The notes under the pieces were generated by a model, which ran no database searches, had not been told where the DNA came from, and saw nothing but the letters and a program-made list of their open reading frames with translations. Positions 1 to 8,822 of a DNA stretch of 32,000 nt are shown here, one piece after another. Origin of the DNA: Ottowia thiooxydans (lineage in GTDB: Bacteria; Pseudomonadota; Gammaproteobacteria; Burkholderiales; Burkholderiaceae_C); assembly GCF_040548795.1 (NCBI RefSeq), contig NZ_JBEPSH010000008.1, positions 4,310 through 36,309 of the forward strand, given 5' to 3'. The position numbers and the translations under genes are program-made. The stretch's first letter is position 1. Each line of letters opens with the position of its first letter.

Positions 1-1496
1 GGTCCAGCGCCAGTGACCTTCCAACAATGGATATCCATTCGCAGAACAATGCTCTGGGCAATGGCATACACGCGTCCATCTATGAGTCGCTGGTGTACTA
101 CAACAGCAAGACTTTCAAGCCCGAGCCACAACTGGCTACGAGCTGGAAACTGATCACCCCCACACAAATGCGTTTCACGCTGCGCAGCGGCGTCAAATTC
201 AGTGATGGCTCGGTACTGACGCCTGAGGACGTGATCTTCTCGATCAACCGCTCCATGGCCAAGACTTCCAACTACGCCGTGTACGCACAAGGCATCGATA
301 AAGTCGTCAAGGTCGATGCCAATACGATCGACATCATGCTCAAAAGCCCCAATCCGGTGCTGTTGAACCAGTTGACCGAATTGCGCATCATGAGCAAGGC
401 CTGGGCCGAGAAGAACAAATCGACCGAGCCCAAGGACATCAAAACCTCCGAAGAAAGCTTTGCGCACCGCAATGCCATGGGCACCGGCCAGTACATGGTC
501 AAGGAATGGCAACCCGACCAGCGCCTGGTCCTGGTGGCCAACCCTAACTACTCTGGCAAGAACCCCACCAACGTAACCGAGATCGTCTACACGCCGATCA
601 AATCAGCCCCTACGCGTATCGCGGCCCTGCTCTCCGGTGAAACCGACTTTGTACTGGACCCCAGCACGCAAGACTTGGCCCGGCTTCGCAGCAACAGTGC
701 CATCAAGGTGCTGGACGGCGTCGAAGCCCGCACCATGTTCCTCGGTATGGACCAGCATCGCGACGAGCTGCCTGGCTCCAATGTGAAGGGCAAGAACCCG
801 CTGAAAGACCAACGTGTACGCAAGGCGCTCTACCAGGCCATCGACATCAATGCGATCAAGCGCGTCACGATGCGTGACCTGTCGCAGAACACGGGCACGC
901 TGATTGCACACCAGGTCAATGGTTGGACCAAGAAGGCCGATGCGCGCTTCCCCTACGATGTAGCCGCGGCCCAGAAGCTGCTGGCTGACGCCGGTTACCC
1001 GCAGGGGTTTGAGGTGGACTTTGCCTGTCCGAACAACCGCTACATCAATGATGAAGCCATCTGCCAGGCTGTGACCGCCATGTGGGCACGTATCGGCGTC
1101 AAGGCCAAGCTTCGCACGCTGCCTCTGGTGACCTATTTCCCCATGATCCAGCGCTATGAAGCCAGCATCTACATGCTGGGCTGGGGCGTACCAACGTTTG
1201 ATGCGCTGTATTCGCTGCAATCGCTGCTGCGCAGTGTGGGTGCGGGCGGTGACGGCAACTACAACGTAGGCCGCTACTCGAACCCACAGATGGACGCCCT
1301 GATCGAGCGCATCAAGGTTGAGACCGACCTCACCTTGCGCAACGATCTGATCGAAAAAGCGCTGGTGCTGGGCAACGAAGACGTGGCCTACCTGCCGCTA
1401 CACAACCAGGTTATCCCTTGGGCTATGCGCAAGAACGTGGAAGTCGTGCACCGCGCGGATAACCGGTTGGACTGGCGCCTGATTCAAGTTAAGTAA
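1..1496 (+). CDS. ABC transporter substrate-binding protein, family 5 (peptide/nickel, DppA/OppA-like); 5' end lies outside the window
   Basis: The frame is open from base 3 with no upstream stop and no signal peptide is visible. The N-terminal segment DLPTMDIHSQNN...SIYESLVYYN and the overall length and composition match SBP family 5. The gene is followed by matching permease and ATPase genes. Confidence 0.9.
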   Translation, partial: SSASDLPTMDIHSQNNALGNGIHASIYESLVYYNSKTFKPEPQLATSWKLITPTQMRFTLRSGVKFSDGSVLTPEDVIFSINRSMAKTSNYAVYAQGIDKVVKVDANTIDIMLKSPNPVLLNQLTELRIMSKAWAEKNKSTEPKDIKTSEESFAHRNAMGTGQYMVKEWQPDQRLVLVANPNYSGKNPTNVTEIVYTPIKSAPTRIAALLSGETDFVLDPSTQDLARLRSNSAIKVLDGVEARTMFLGMDQHRDELPGSNVKGKNPLKDQRVRKALYQAIDINAIKRVTMRDLSQNTGTLIAHQVNGWTKKADARFPYDVAAAQKLLADAGYPQGFEVDFACPNNRYINDEAICQAVTAMWARIGVKAKLRTLPLVTYFPMIQRYEASIYMLGWGVPTFDALYSLQSLLRSVGAGGDGNYNVGRYSNPQMDALIERIKVETDLTLRNDLIEKALVLGNEDVAYLPLHNQVIPWAMRKNVEVVHRADNRLDWRLIQVK

Positions 1497-1608
1497 TCCT
1501 TATGCGGCTGCGGCCCGCCTGACCATTGGTTTAGGCGGGCCGTTGTGTTTCTGTGCGGGTCCGGGTCTGACACCTCGATTGCCTGTCATCCACTTTTCAG
1601 TCAGCTCC

Positions 1609-2589
1609 ATGATTGCATTTGTTCTGCGTCGCCTGATCCAATCCGTGATCGTCATGATCGCGGTGGCGTTCATCTCTTTCCTGCTCTTCCAGTACGTAGG
1701 AGACCCTATCTCCTTCCTGCTGGGCCAGGACGCCACGGCCGAAGAAATACGGGAAATGCGTAAAGCACTCGGTCTAGACCAGCCGTTCTTCGTGCAGTTC
1801 TGGCACTTTCTGGGCAACGCTGTGCAGGGTGATTTCGGCATGAGTTTGCGGCAAGCAGCCAAAGTGTCTGGCCTGATCGCAGAGCGTTTTCCCGCGACCC
1901 TGGAACTGGCCGTCGTTGCAGCGCTGCTTGCGCTGCTGATCGGCATTCCAATGGGTGTCTACACCGCCTTGCGTCGCGGCACCTTCATGAGCCAGGTGTT
2001 CATGGGCATTTCTCTGTTGGGCGTGTCACTTCCCACCTTTCTCATTGGCATCCTGCTGATTCTGGTGTTCGCCGTTGGACTGGGGTGGTTCCCAAGTTTT
2101 GGCCGGGGCGACACCGTGCAACTGGGCTGGTGGAGTACTGGCCTGCTCACGGTGGACGGTTGGCACCATATCGTCTTGCCAGCCATCACCCTGGCCATCT
2201 TCCAGCTCACGCTCATCATGCGGCTGGTGCGTGCAGAGATGCTGGAGGTGCTCCGTACTGACTACATCAAGTTCGCCCGTGCACGAGGCCTTTCCAACCG
2301 AGCCATTCATTTTGGCCATGCACTCAAGAACACCCTGGTGCCAGTGATGACCATCACCGGCTTGCAGTTGGGTGGCCTGATCGCCTTCGCCATCATTACT
2401 GAGTCGGTTTTCCAATGGCCCGGGATGGGACTGCTGTTCATCCAGGCCGTGACGTTTGCAGATATCCCGGTGATGGCAGCCTACCTGTGCCTTGTCGCGC
2501 TGATATTTGTGGTGATCAACCTGATCGTAGACCTCCTTTACTTTGTAGTCGATCCTCGCCTGCGCGTCGGCAAAGCCGGCGGGCATTGA
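1609..2589 (+). CDS. ABC transporter permease (DppB/OppB-like)
   Basis: The ORF track gives 1543..2589. The typical N-terminus MIAFVLRRLIQSVIVMIAVAFISFLLF begins at the ATG at 1609. The protein has multiple hydrophobic helices and the BPD_transp_1-type segment YIKFARARGLSNRAIHFGHALKN. Confidence 0.9.
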   Translation: MIAFVLRRLIQSVIVMIAVAFISFLLFQYVGDPISFLLGQDATAEEIREMRKALGLDQPFFVQFWHFLGNAVQGDFGMSLRQAAKVSGLIAERFPATLELAVVAALLALLIGIPMGVYTALRRGTFMSQVFMGISLLGVSLPTFLIGILLILVFAVGLGWFPSFGRGDTVQLGWWSTGLLTVDGWHHIVLPAITLAIFQLTLIMRLVRAEMLEVLRTDYIKFARARGLSNRAIHFGHALKNTLVPVMTITGLQLGGLIAFAIITESVFQWPGMGLLFIQAVTFADIPVMAAYLCLVALIFVVINLIVDLLYFVVDPRLRVGKAGGH

Positions 2590-2627
2590 TCTCCAGGCCT
2601 CGGTGCTGTTTGAACGGACTTCCTACG

Positions 2628-3539
2628 ATGAAAAAAACAATTGGGCGCTGGCTAGACAGCGATATTGGCCACAGCTTTCGCACCTCGCCTGTTGCCATGG
2701 GCGCGGCTCTGATTGCCTTGGTCTGTGTGTTCTGTGCGCTGTTTGCGGGCTGGGTGGCACCTCACAACCCGTTCAACCTTGCAGCGCTGGAGTTGGGCGA
2801 CGCCCGCCTGCCTCCTGCGTGGCAGGCAGAGGGAAGCAGCAAGTATTTGCTGGGCACAGACGATCAGGGACGCGACATCCTGTCAGCACTGATCTACGGC
2901 GCCCGTATCTCGCTGATAGTGGGCGTTGTCTCAGTGGTCTTGTCGGTGGTGATTGGTGTGGTGTTTGGCCTGCTCGCCGGTTTCTTCGGCGGCTGGCTTG
3001 ATGCCTTCCTGATGCGTGTGTGTGATGTGATGTTGTCCTTTCCCCCCATTCTGGTTGCTTTGTTGATCGCCGGGGTTGGTCGGGCCCTGTTTCCCAACGC
3101 CCATGAAACCGTGGCCTTCGGGGTGCTGATCATCTCGATCACGCTGACCGGCTGGGTGCAGTACGCCCGCACGGTGCGCGGCTCTACCCTGGTGGAACGC
3201 AACAAGGAATATGTACAGGCCGCACGTGTGACCGGGGTGGCGCCCAGCCGCATCATGCTGCGCCATGTGCTGCCCAACGTGACCGGCCCTGTGATGGTGC
3301 TGGCCACCATTCAGGTAGCTACGGCCATCATCACAGAGGCGACACTGTCCTTTCTGGGTGTGGGGGTGCCCCCCACATCGCCCTCACTCGGTACCCTGAT
3401 ACGTGTAGGTAACGACTATATTTTCTCTGGCGAGTGGTGGATCACCGTGTTCCCGGGTGCCATGCTGGTGCTGATTGCCCTTAGCGTCAACCTGCTGGGT
3501 GACTGGCTGCGTGACGCGTTGAACCCCCGTTTGCGCTGA
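2628..3539 (+). CDS. ABC transporter permease (DppC/OppC-like)
   Basis: ORF 2415..3539 has a non-membrane, Arg/Pro-rich upstream extension that overlaps the preceding gene. The ATG at 2628 (MKKTIGRWL...) gives the normal DppC layout, including LLGTDDQGRDILS and EYVQAARVTGVAPSRIMLRHVLPN. Confidence 0.9.
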   Translation: MKKTIGRWLDSDIGHSFRTSPVAMGAALIALVCVFCALFAGWVAPHNPFNLAALELGDARLPPAWQAEGSSKYLLGTDDQGRDILSALIYGARISLIVGVVSVVLSVVIGVVFGLLAGFFGGWLDAFLMRVCDVMLSFPPILVALLIAGVGRALFPNAHETVAFGVLIISITLTGWVQYARTVRGSTLVERNKEYVQAARVTGVAPSRIMLRHVLPNVTGPVMVLATIQVATAIITEATLSFLGVGVPPTSPSLGTLIRVGNDYIFSGEWWITVFPGAMLVLIALSVNLLGDWLRDALNPRLR

Positions 3540-3555
3540 AGAAGGAGAGCAAACC

Positions 3556-4536
3556 ATGACCCTTCTACAAGTCAAAGACCTGGTGGTAGAGTTTCCGCAT
3601 CGCCACGGAACCCTCCGGGCGCTGGACCACATTTCCTTCGACATCGCCCCCGGTGAAATTCTGGGTGTGGTGGGCGAGTCTGGTGCGGGCAAGTCACTTA
3701 CCGGTGCGGCCATCATTGGCCTGCTCGAGCCCCCAGGCCGTATAGCCGGTGGTGAAATCGTGCTGGAAGGCCAGCGAATCGACAAGCTTCCTTTCGAAGC
3801 CATGCGCCACATCCGGGGCCGCAAGATCGGTGCGATCTTCCAGGATCCACTCACGTCCCTGAACCCGCTGTACACCATAGGCCGGCAGCTCACCGAAACG
3901 ATTCGAGCCCACTTGCCGGTGAGCGAGACCGAAGCTCGACGCCGCGCCATCAGCCTGCTGCAGGACACTGGCATACCGGCAGCCGAGCAACGCATTGACC
4001 ACTTTCCACACCAGTTCTCGGGCGGTATGCGCCAGAGGGTGGTGATCGCGCTGGCGCTGGCGGCTGAACCCAAACTGATCGTCGCCGACGAACCCACCAC
4101 AGCGCTGGACGTATCGATTCAGGCGCAAATCATTCAGCTGCTGAAGAAGGTGTGCAAAGAACGCGGCGCCGCTGTAATGCTCATCACGCACGATATGGGT
4201 GTAATTGCCGAGACCTGCGACCGGGTAGCCGTGTTGTACGCGGGCCGCGTGGCTGAGATTGGCCCCGTGCACGAGGTTATTCACCAACCGGCGCACCCCT
4301 ACACAGCAGGCTTGATGGCCGCCATCCCTGACATGGCAAGCGATCGCGAACGCCTGAACCAGATCGATGGTGCCATGCCCCGGTTGAATGCCATTCCCAC
4401 CGGCTGCGCTTACAACCCCCGTTGCCCGCAACGCTTCGACCGTTGCCTGCATGAACGCCCCGAACTGTTGCCCGCCGGCGCCACCCGCGCAGCCTGCTGG
4501 CTGCATGAGCCTGCTACCTTGGAGACGGCCCGATGA
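3556..4536 (+). CDS. ABC transporter ATP-binding protein (DppD/OppD-like) with a C-terminal oligopeptide-type Cys-rich domain
   Basis: Walker A GESGAGKS, signature FSGGMRQR, Walker B LIVADEPTTALD. A GAAGGAG Shine-Dalgarno sequence lies upstream. The C-terminus has the pattern C-x5-C-x6-C-x16-C. Confidence 0.93.
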   Translation: MTLLQVKDLVVEFPHRHGTLRALDHISFDIAPGEILGVVGESGAGKSLTGAAIIGLLEPPGRIAGGEIVLEGQRIDKLPFEAMRHIRGRKIGAIFQDPLTSLNPLYTIGRQLTETIRAHLPVSETEARRRAISLLQDTGIPAAEQRIDHFPHQFSGGMRQRVVIALALAAEPKLIVADEPTTALDVSIQAQIIQLLKKVCKERGAAVMLITHDMGVIAETCDRVAVLYAGRVAEIGPVHEVIHQPAHPYTAGLMAAIPDMASDRERLNQIDGAMPRLNAIPTGCAYNPRCPQRFDRCLHERPELLPAGATRAACWLHEPATLETAR

Positions 4537-5576
4537 ATACCGCCGTAATGCAATCCCCCGAGGCCACTGCGCATGCTGCCCAAGGAGCCCCACTGGTCGT
4601 CGCTCACGACCTGGCACGCACCTTTGACGTGTCCCCTCCCTGGCTCAACCGCGTTCTGGAGCGCAAGCCGCGCGTGCTGCTGCATGCAGTGGATGGCGTG
4701 AGTTTCAGCATCGAGCGCGGCAAGACCCTCGCTCTGGTGGGAGAGTCTGGCTGCGGAAAGAGCACCGTGGCCCGCCTTCTGGTGGGCCTGTACGCGCCCA
4801 CCCGTGGCGGCTTCCAGTTTGACGGACAGGACGCCCACGCCGCCTTCAAGACACCTGAAGGCCGCAAGCTGCGCCGTCGCATTCAGATGATTTTCCAGGA
4901 TCCGTACGCCAGCCTGAACCCGCGCTGGATCGTGCAGGACATTGTGGGTGAGCCGCTGCGCGAGCATGGCATCCTGTCGGACAAGTTGGAGTTGAAGCAG
5001 CGAGTGGGTGAACTGCTGCAGTCCGTCGGCCTGTCGCCGCTCGACATGAGCAAATACCCCCACCAGTTCTCTGGCGGCCAACGTCAGCGCATCTCCATCG
5101 CCCGAGCGCTCGCCACTCAGCCCGAGTTTCTGGTGTGTGATGAACCCACTTCCGCGCTGGATGTGAGTGTGCAAGCGCAGGTGCTCAACATCATGAAGGA
5201 CTTGCAGCGCCAGCAGGGCCTGACCTACCTTTTCATCAGTCACAACCTGGCCGTGGTACGCCATGTGGCCGACCAGGTGGGTGTGATGTACCTGGGCCGC
5301 TTGATCGAAGTGGCAGACAAGCAGGCACTATTTGCAACACCACAGCACCCATACACCCGCATGCTGCTGGACGCCATTCCGCAGATGAAACATACGGGTC
5401 GCTCCCGTACACCGGTGCAAGGCGAAGTACCCAACCCGCTGAACCCACCCACAGGCTGCGCCTTCCACCCACGCTGCCCGCATGCCAACGCCCGCTGTTC
5501 GGCCGAGCGTCCCAAATTACAGACGCTCAGAGGCGTACAGGTTGCTTGCCATGCGGTGGAGGAAGGACGCATATAG
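4533..5576 (+). CDS. ABC transporter ATP-binding protein (DppF/OppF-like)
   Basis: Walker A GESGCGKS, signature FSGGQRQR, Walker B LVCDEPTSALD. The start overlaps the upstream stop in an ATGA arrangement at 4533-4536. The C-terminus carries a four-Cys motif. Confidence 0.93.
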   Translation: MNTAVMQSPEATAHAAQGAPLVVAHDLARTFDVSPPWLNRVLERKPRVLLHAVDGVSFSIERGKTLALVGESGCGKSTVARLLVGLYAPTRGGFQFDGQDAHAAFKTPEGRKLRRRIQMIFQDPYASLNPRWIVQDIVGEPLREHGILSDKLELKQRVGELLQSVGLSPLDMSKYPHQFSGGQRQRISIARALATQPEFLVCDEPTSALDVSVQAQVLNIMKDLQRQQGLTYLFISHNLAVVRHVADQVGVMYLGRLIEVADKQALFATPQHPYTRMLLDAIPQMKHTGRSRTPVQGEVPNPLNPPTGCAFHPRCPHANARCSAERPKLQTLRGVQVACHAVEEGRI

Positions 5577-5640
5577 TTTTTCGCGTCGAAAGGTTGGCTC
5601 CTGCTGAGGCCAGGCTAGCGGGAGTTAGGGAGTTTCGTTC

Positions 5641-6594
5641 TCAAACCCGGCGAGCACTCGCAAGATCATCAGTCGACTCGGAATTCTGGAAGAAGTCTGA
5701 CTCCTGGAACTCTCGCGCTATCCATTCTGTAGCTACCCTGACCTTGGCAGAGGTTTCCAGCCGAGACGGAAATACCGCCCAGATATTGGCTTGCTGCCGG
5801 TACTTGGGCAGGATTTGCACCAATTGGCCAGTCTCCACGAGGTGCTGCACGTCCCAGACGGAGCGAAGCACAATGCCCATGCCGTTCACGGCCCACTGAA
5901 CGGCAATTTCGCCATGGTTGGTGGACAAGGGGCCCCGCACGCGCACTGACACCTCGCGTGCACCAGAGGTCAGCTTCCATACTCCGAAGGGATGGTCCCT
6001 CTCGCGAATCACAATGCAGCTGTGAGCAGTTAAATCGCTCAACAGCCTCGGCGTGCCGTGATGTTCAAGGTAGCCCGGAGAGGCACACAAAATGCGGTGA
6101 TTGGACGCAATCCGCTTGGCGATATGGTGGGGCGCAATATCGTCACCTATACGAATATCCAGATCAAAGCCTTCTGCGCCCACATCGATCAGGCGGTCAA
6201 ACACCTCAAACCTGATTTCAAGCGCGGGATAGGCCTTGGAAAACCGCGCCAGGATAGGCCCAACGACATGACGGCCAAACCCGAAACTGCTGGAGATGCG
6301 TAGCGCGCCGCGTGGCTCCGTGCGTTTTTCGCGAATGTCCTCCACCAGGTTGTCAACATCCTCCAGTATGCGTTGTGCCCACACATAGGTTCGCTCGCCG
6401 TCTTCACTCAAGCTGACTTTGCGGGTAGAGCGGTGGAACAGCGGGGTGCCCAGCAGTGCTTCCAGAATCTTGATGCGCTTGGTGATGAACGACGGAGACA
6501 CGCCCAGATCCTTGGCTGCGCCCGAAAAATTCGACCGCCGAACCACTTGCACAAAGAGATCCAGATCGTCTGGGCTGGGAAATCTATTTTTCAT
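5641..6594 (-). CDS. LysR family transcriptional regulator (DmlR-like by position)
   Basis: N-terminal wHTH LDLFVQVVRRSNFSGAAKDLGVSPSFITKRIKILEALLGTPLFHRSTRKVSLSEDG followed by a LysR substrate-binding domain. It is divergent from the dehydrogenase operon. Confidence 0.92.
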   Translation of the reverse strand: MKNRFPSPDDLDLFVQVVRRSNFSGAAKDLGVSPSFITKRIKILEALLGTPLFHRSTRKVSLSEDGERTYVWAQRILEDVDNLVEDIREKRTEPRGALRISSSFGFGRHVVGPILARFSKAYPALEIRFEVFDRLIDVGAEGFDLDIRIGDDIAPHHIAKRIASNHRILCASPGYLEHHGTPRLLSDLTAHSCIVIRERDHPFGVWKLTSGAREVSVRVRGPLSTNHGEIAVQWAVNGMGIVLRSVWDVQHLVETGQLVQILPKYRQQANIWAVFPSRLETSAKVRVATEWIAREFQESDFFQNSESTDDLASARRV

Positions 6595-6689
6595 GAAGTG
6601 TGCATTCTGAATTGCTATTTTTTACTATTGTTGTCGATTTATCAATTTTCTATGATCACCAGCTTCACCTGAAATCTCCTAGGATCCCC
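6595..6689. promoter_or_regulatory. AT-rich divergent promoter/operator region between the LysR gene and the dehydrogenase operon
   Basis: A 95-bp AT-rich spacer lies between divergent start codons, the classic LysR arrangement. It contains TTCTGAATT (6605-6613), which recurs next to the second LysR gene. No promoter elements could be assigned with confidence. Confidence 0.45.
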
Positions 6690-7778
6690 ATGAAAAAAAC
6701 GTACAGAATCGCGTCCATCCCAGGCGATGGCATAGGCAAAGAGGTGATGCCTGAAGGCTTGCGCGTATTGAAAGCTGCGACTAAAGCATTCGAGTTCGAG
6801 ATCGAGTTCGTGCAATTCGACTGGGCGTCATGCGATTACTACGTCTCCAGTGGATCGATGATGCCGAGCGACTGGAAACAAATCCTGAGTGGCTTCGATG
6901 CGATCTATTTCGGTGCCGTGGGATGGCCGGCCCTGGTGCCGGACCACGTTTCTTTGTGGGGTTCACTGCTGAAATTCCGCAGGGAATTCGATCAATACAT
7001 CAACTACAGGCCAGTGCGGCTATTTGAGGGCGTTCCTAGCCCGCTGGCCGGGCGCAAGGTGGGCGACATTGACTATGTGGTCATCCGCGAAAACACCGAA
7101 GGTGAGTACACCTCCCTGGGCGGGATCATGTTCGAGGGCACCGATCGCGAAGTGGTGGTTCAGGAATCCGTTTTCTCGCGACACGGGGCCGACCGGCTTC
7201 TGCGCTACGCGTTCGACCTGGCGAGCAAGCGTGCGCGAAAGCACGTGACTGTGGCCACCAAGTCGAATGGCATCGCAGTGAGCATGCCGTGGTGGGACAA
7301 GCGCGCAGACGCCATTGCCGGCGAATTTCCAGATGTGGTCCTGGACAAGCAACACATCGACATATTGACCGCCCGCTTCGTGCTTCAACCAGGACGCTTT
7401 GACGTCGTGGCTGCCACCAACCTCTTCGGCGACATCCTCTCCGACCTTGGCCCCGCCACAACCGGGACCATCGGCTTGGCGCCTTCTGCCAACCTGAACC
7501 CTGAGCGCCTATTTCCCTCGCTGTTTGAGCCGGTGCACGGTTCCGCGCCCGACATCTACGGAAAGAACATTGCCAACCCCATCGCGATGATCTGGTCGGG
7601 CGCATTGATGCTGGACTTCCTGGGCGAGAAGGCCGCACACGATCAAATCGTAGGCGCCATCGAAGAGGCTCTGCGCACCGGACCCCGGACGCCAGACATG
7701 GGAGGCAATGCCAGCACCCAAGACGTCGGCGCGGCGATTACACAACTACTACAAATCCGCACGCCGCAGCCAGACTGA
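6690..7778 (+). CDS. Tartrate dehydrogenase/decarboxylase or D-malate dehydrogenase (isocitrate/isopropylmalate dehydrogenase family)
   Basis: The ATG at 6690 gives MKKTYRIASIPGDGIGKEVMPEG. Other family segments are VVIRENTEGEYTSLGG and NLFGDILSDLGPATTGTIGLAPSANLNP. The protein is about 362 aa. Pairing with a divergent LysR gene mirrors the E. coli dmlR-dmlA arrangement (recalled from memory). Confidence 0.9.
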   Translation: MKKTYRIASIPGDGIGKEVMPEGLRVLKAATKAFEFEIEFVQFDWASCDYYVSSGSMMPSDWKQILSGFDAIYFGAVGWPALVPDHVSLWGSLLKFRREFDQYINYRPVRLFEGVPSPLAGRKVGDIDYVVIRENTEGEYTSLGGIMFEGTDREVVVQESVFSRHGADRLLRYAFDLASKRARKHVTVATKSNGIAVSMPWWDKRADAIAGEFPDVVLDKQHIDILTARFVLQPGRFDVVAATNLFGDILSDLGPATTGTIGLAPSANLNPERLFPSLFEPVHGSAPDIYGKNIANPIAMIWSGALMLDFLGEKAAHDQIVGAIEEALRTGPRTPDMGGNASTQDVGAAITQLLQIRTPQPD

Positions 7779-7810
7779 AGTTCGAAGATTTCAACATTCA
7801 AGGAGACAAC

Positions 7811-8806
7811 ATGAACATCCCTATCACTCGACGCCTTCTGGTTGCAGCCACGCTGGTCATCACCTCCGCTCCGGGCTTGTCATACGCTCAGAGCGAACGC
7901 GTTGACAACTATCCGCAGCGCCCCATCAAGCTCGTGGTGGGTATTGGGGCTGGCAGCACAACGGACCTGCTCACTCGCATTGCGGCACGCAACCTCTCTG
8001 AAGCCCTCAAGCAGCCTGTGGTGGTGGAAAACCGGCCGGGTGCAGGGGGAACACTGGGCGCTGCCGCCGTCGCAACAGCGCCGCCGGACGGGTACACCTT
8101 GTTGTTCGTAAGCTCTTCGTTACCCACGTTCGGGCATTTCTATGACAACCTGAAGTTCGATCCAGTGAAGGATTTGGTGGGAGCTGCGGGCCTGGCGCAG
8201 GGCGGCATGGTCATGCTCACCCGCCCCGGAGCACCTTGGAAGAACCTGGCGGAGTTGGTGGCCTATGGCAAGGCTAAACCCGATGGCACTGTCTCCTACG
8301 CTTCGGCTGGCGTCGGCAGCATCGCCTACCTTTACTCAGAGTTGTTCGCCCAGAACATGGGCCAGAAATTCTTGCATGTTCCCTACAAAAGTTCTGCTGC
8401 CGCGCTTGCCGATTTGCTGGCCGGTCACGTGGATTTCGTCTTCGACGGAACGACCACGGCCAAACCGATGATTGACGCAGGCAAGGTGCAAGCATTGGCG
8501 TACTCGAGCAACCGCCGCAACCCCTTCCTTCCGCAGGTCCCCACCATGCAGGAAGCTGGCGTGAAAGACTTCGACCAGCGTACCTGGTTCGGTATCAGTG
8601 CGCCGCGGGGCACCCCCCAGAAGATTTTGGACCGCATCTCCAAAGCTTCTGCCACATTCACCGGCCAGTCCGCCTACCGCAACGAACTCGCTGGTGCGGC
8701 GCACGAGCCTATGGCCATGTCCGCCCAAGCTTTCGAGAGACTGGTTCAAGATGAAGCGCGAGTTTGGGGCAAGAGCATCCAACAGATCCGCAGCAACGAA
8801 AAGTGA
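7811..8806 (+). CDS. Bug-family (TctC-like) tripartite tricarboxylate transporter substrate-binding protein
   Basis: Signal peptide, then YPQRPIKLVVGIGAGSTTDLLTRIAA...VVVENRPGAGGTLGAAAVATAPPDGYTLL and HVPYKSSAAALADLLAGHVDFVFD, all typical of Bug proteins. An AAGGAG Shine-Dalgarno sequence lies upstream. No tctA or tctB gene is adjacent. Confidence 0.9.
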   Translation: MNIPITRRLLVAATLVITSAPGLSYAQSERVDNYPQRPIKLVVGIGAGSTTDLLTRIAARNLSEALKQPVVVENRPGAGGTLGAAAVATAPPDGYTLLFVSSSLPTFGHFYDNLKFDPVKDLVGAAGLAQGGMVMLTRPGAPWKNLAELVAYGKAKPDGTVSYASAGVGSIAYLYSELFAQNMGQKFLHVPYKSSAAALADLLAGHVDFVFDGTTTAKPMIDAGKVQALAYSSNRRNPFLPQVPTMQEAGVKDFDQRTWFGISAPRGTPQKILDRISKASATFTGQSAYRNELAGAAHEPMAMSAQAFERLVQDEARVWGKSIQQIRSNEK

Positions 8807-8822
8807 TCTGGTGCAAAGCTGT

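Noticed and set aside
3384-5264. A series of minus-strand ORFs (3384-4100, 3694-4617, 4410-5264) of 238-307 aa.
   Set aside because: They are antisense to the two ABC ATPase genes, whose Walker and signature motifs are unambiguous. The composition is typical of GC-rich antisense frames.
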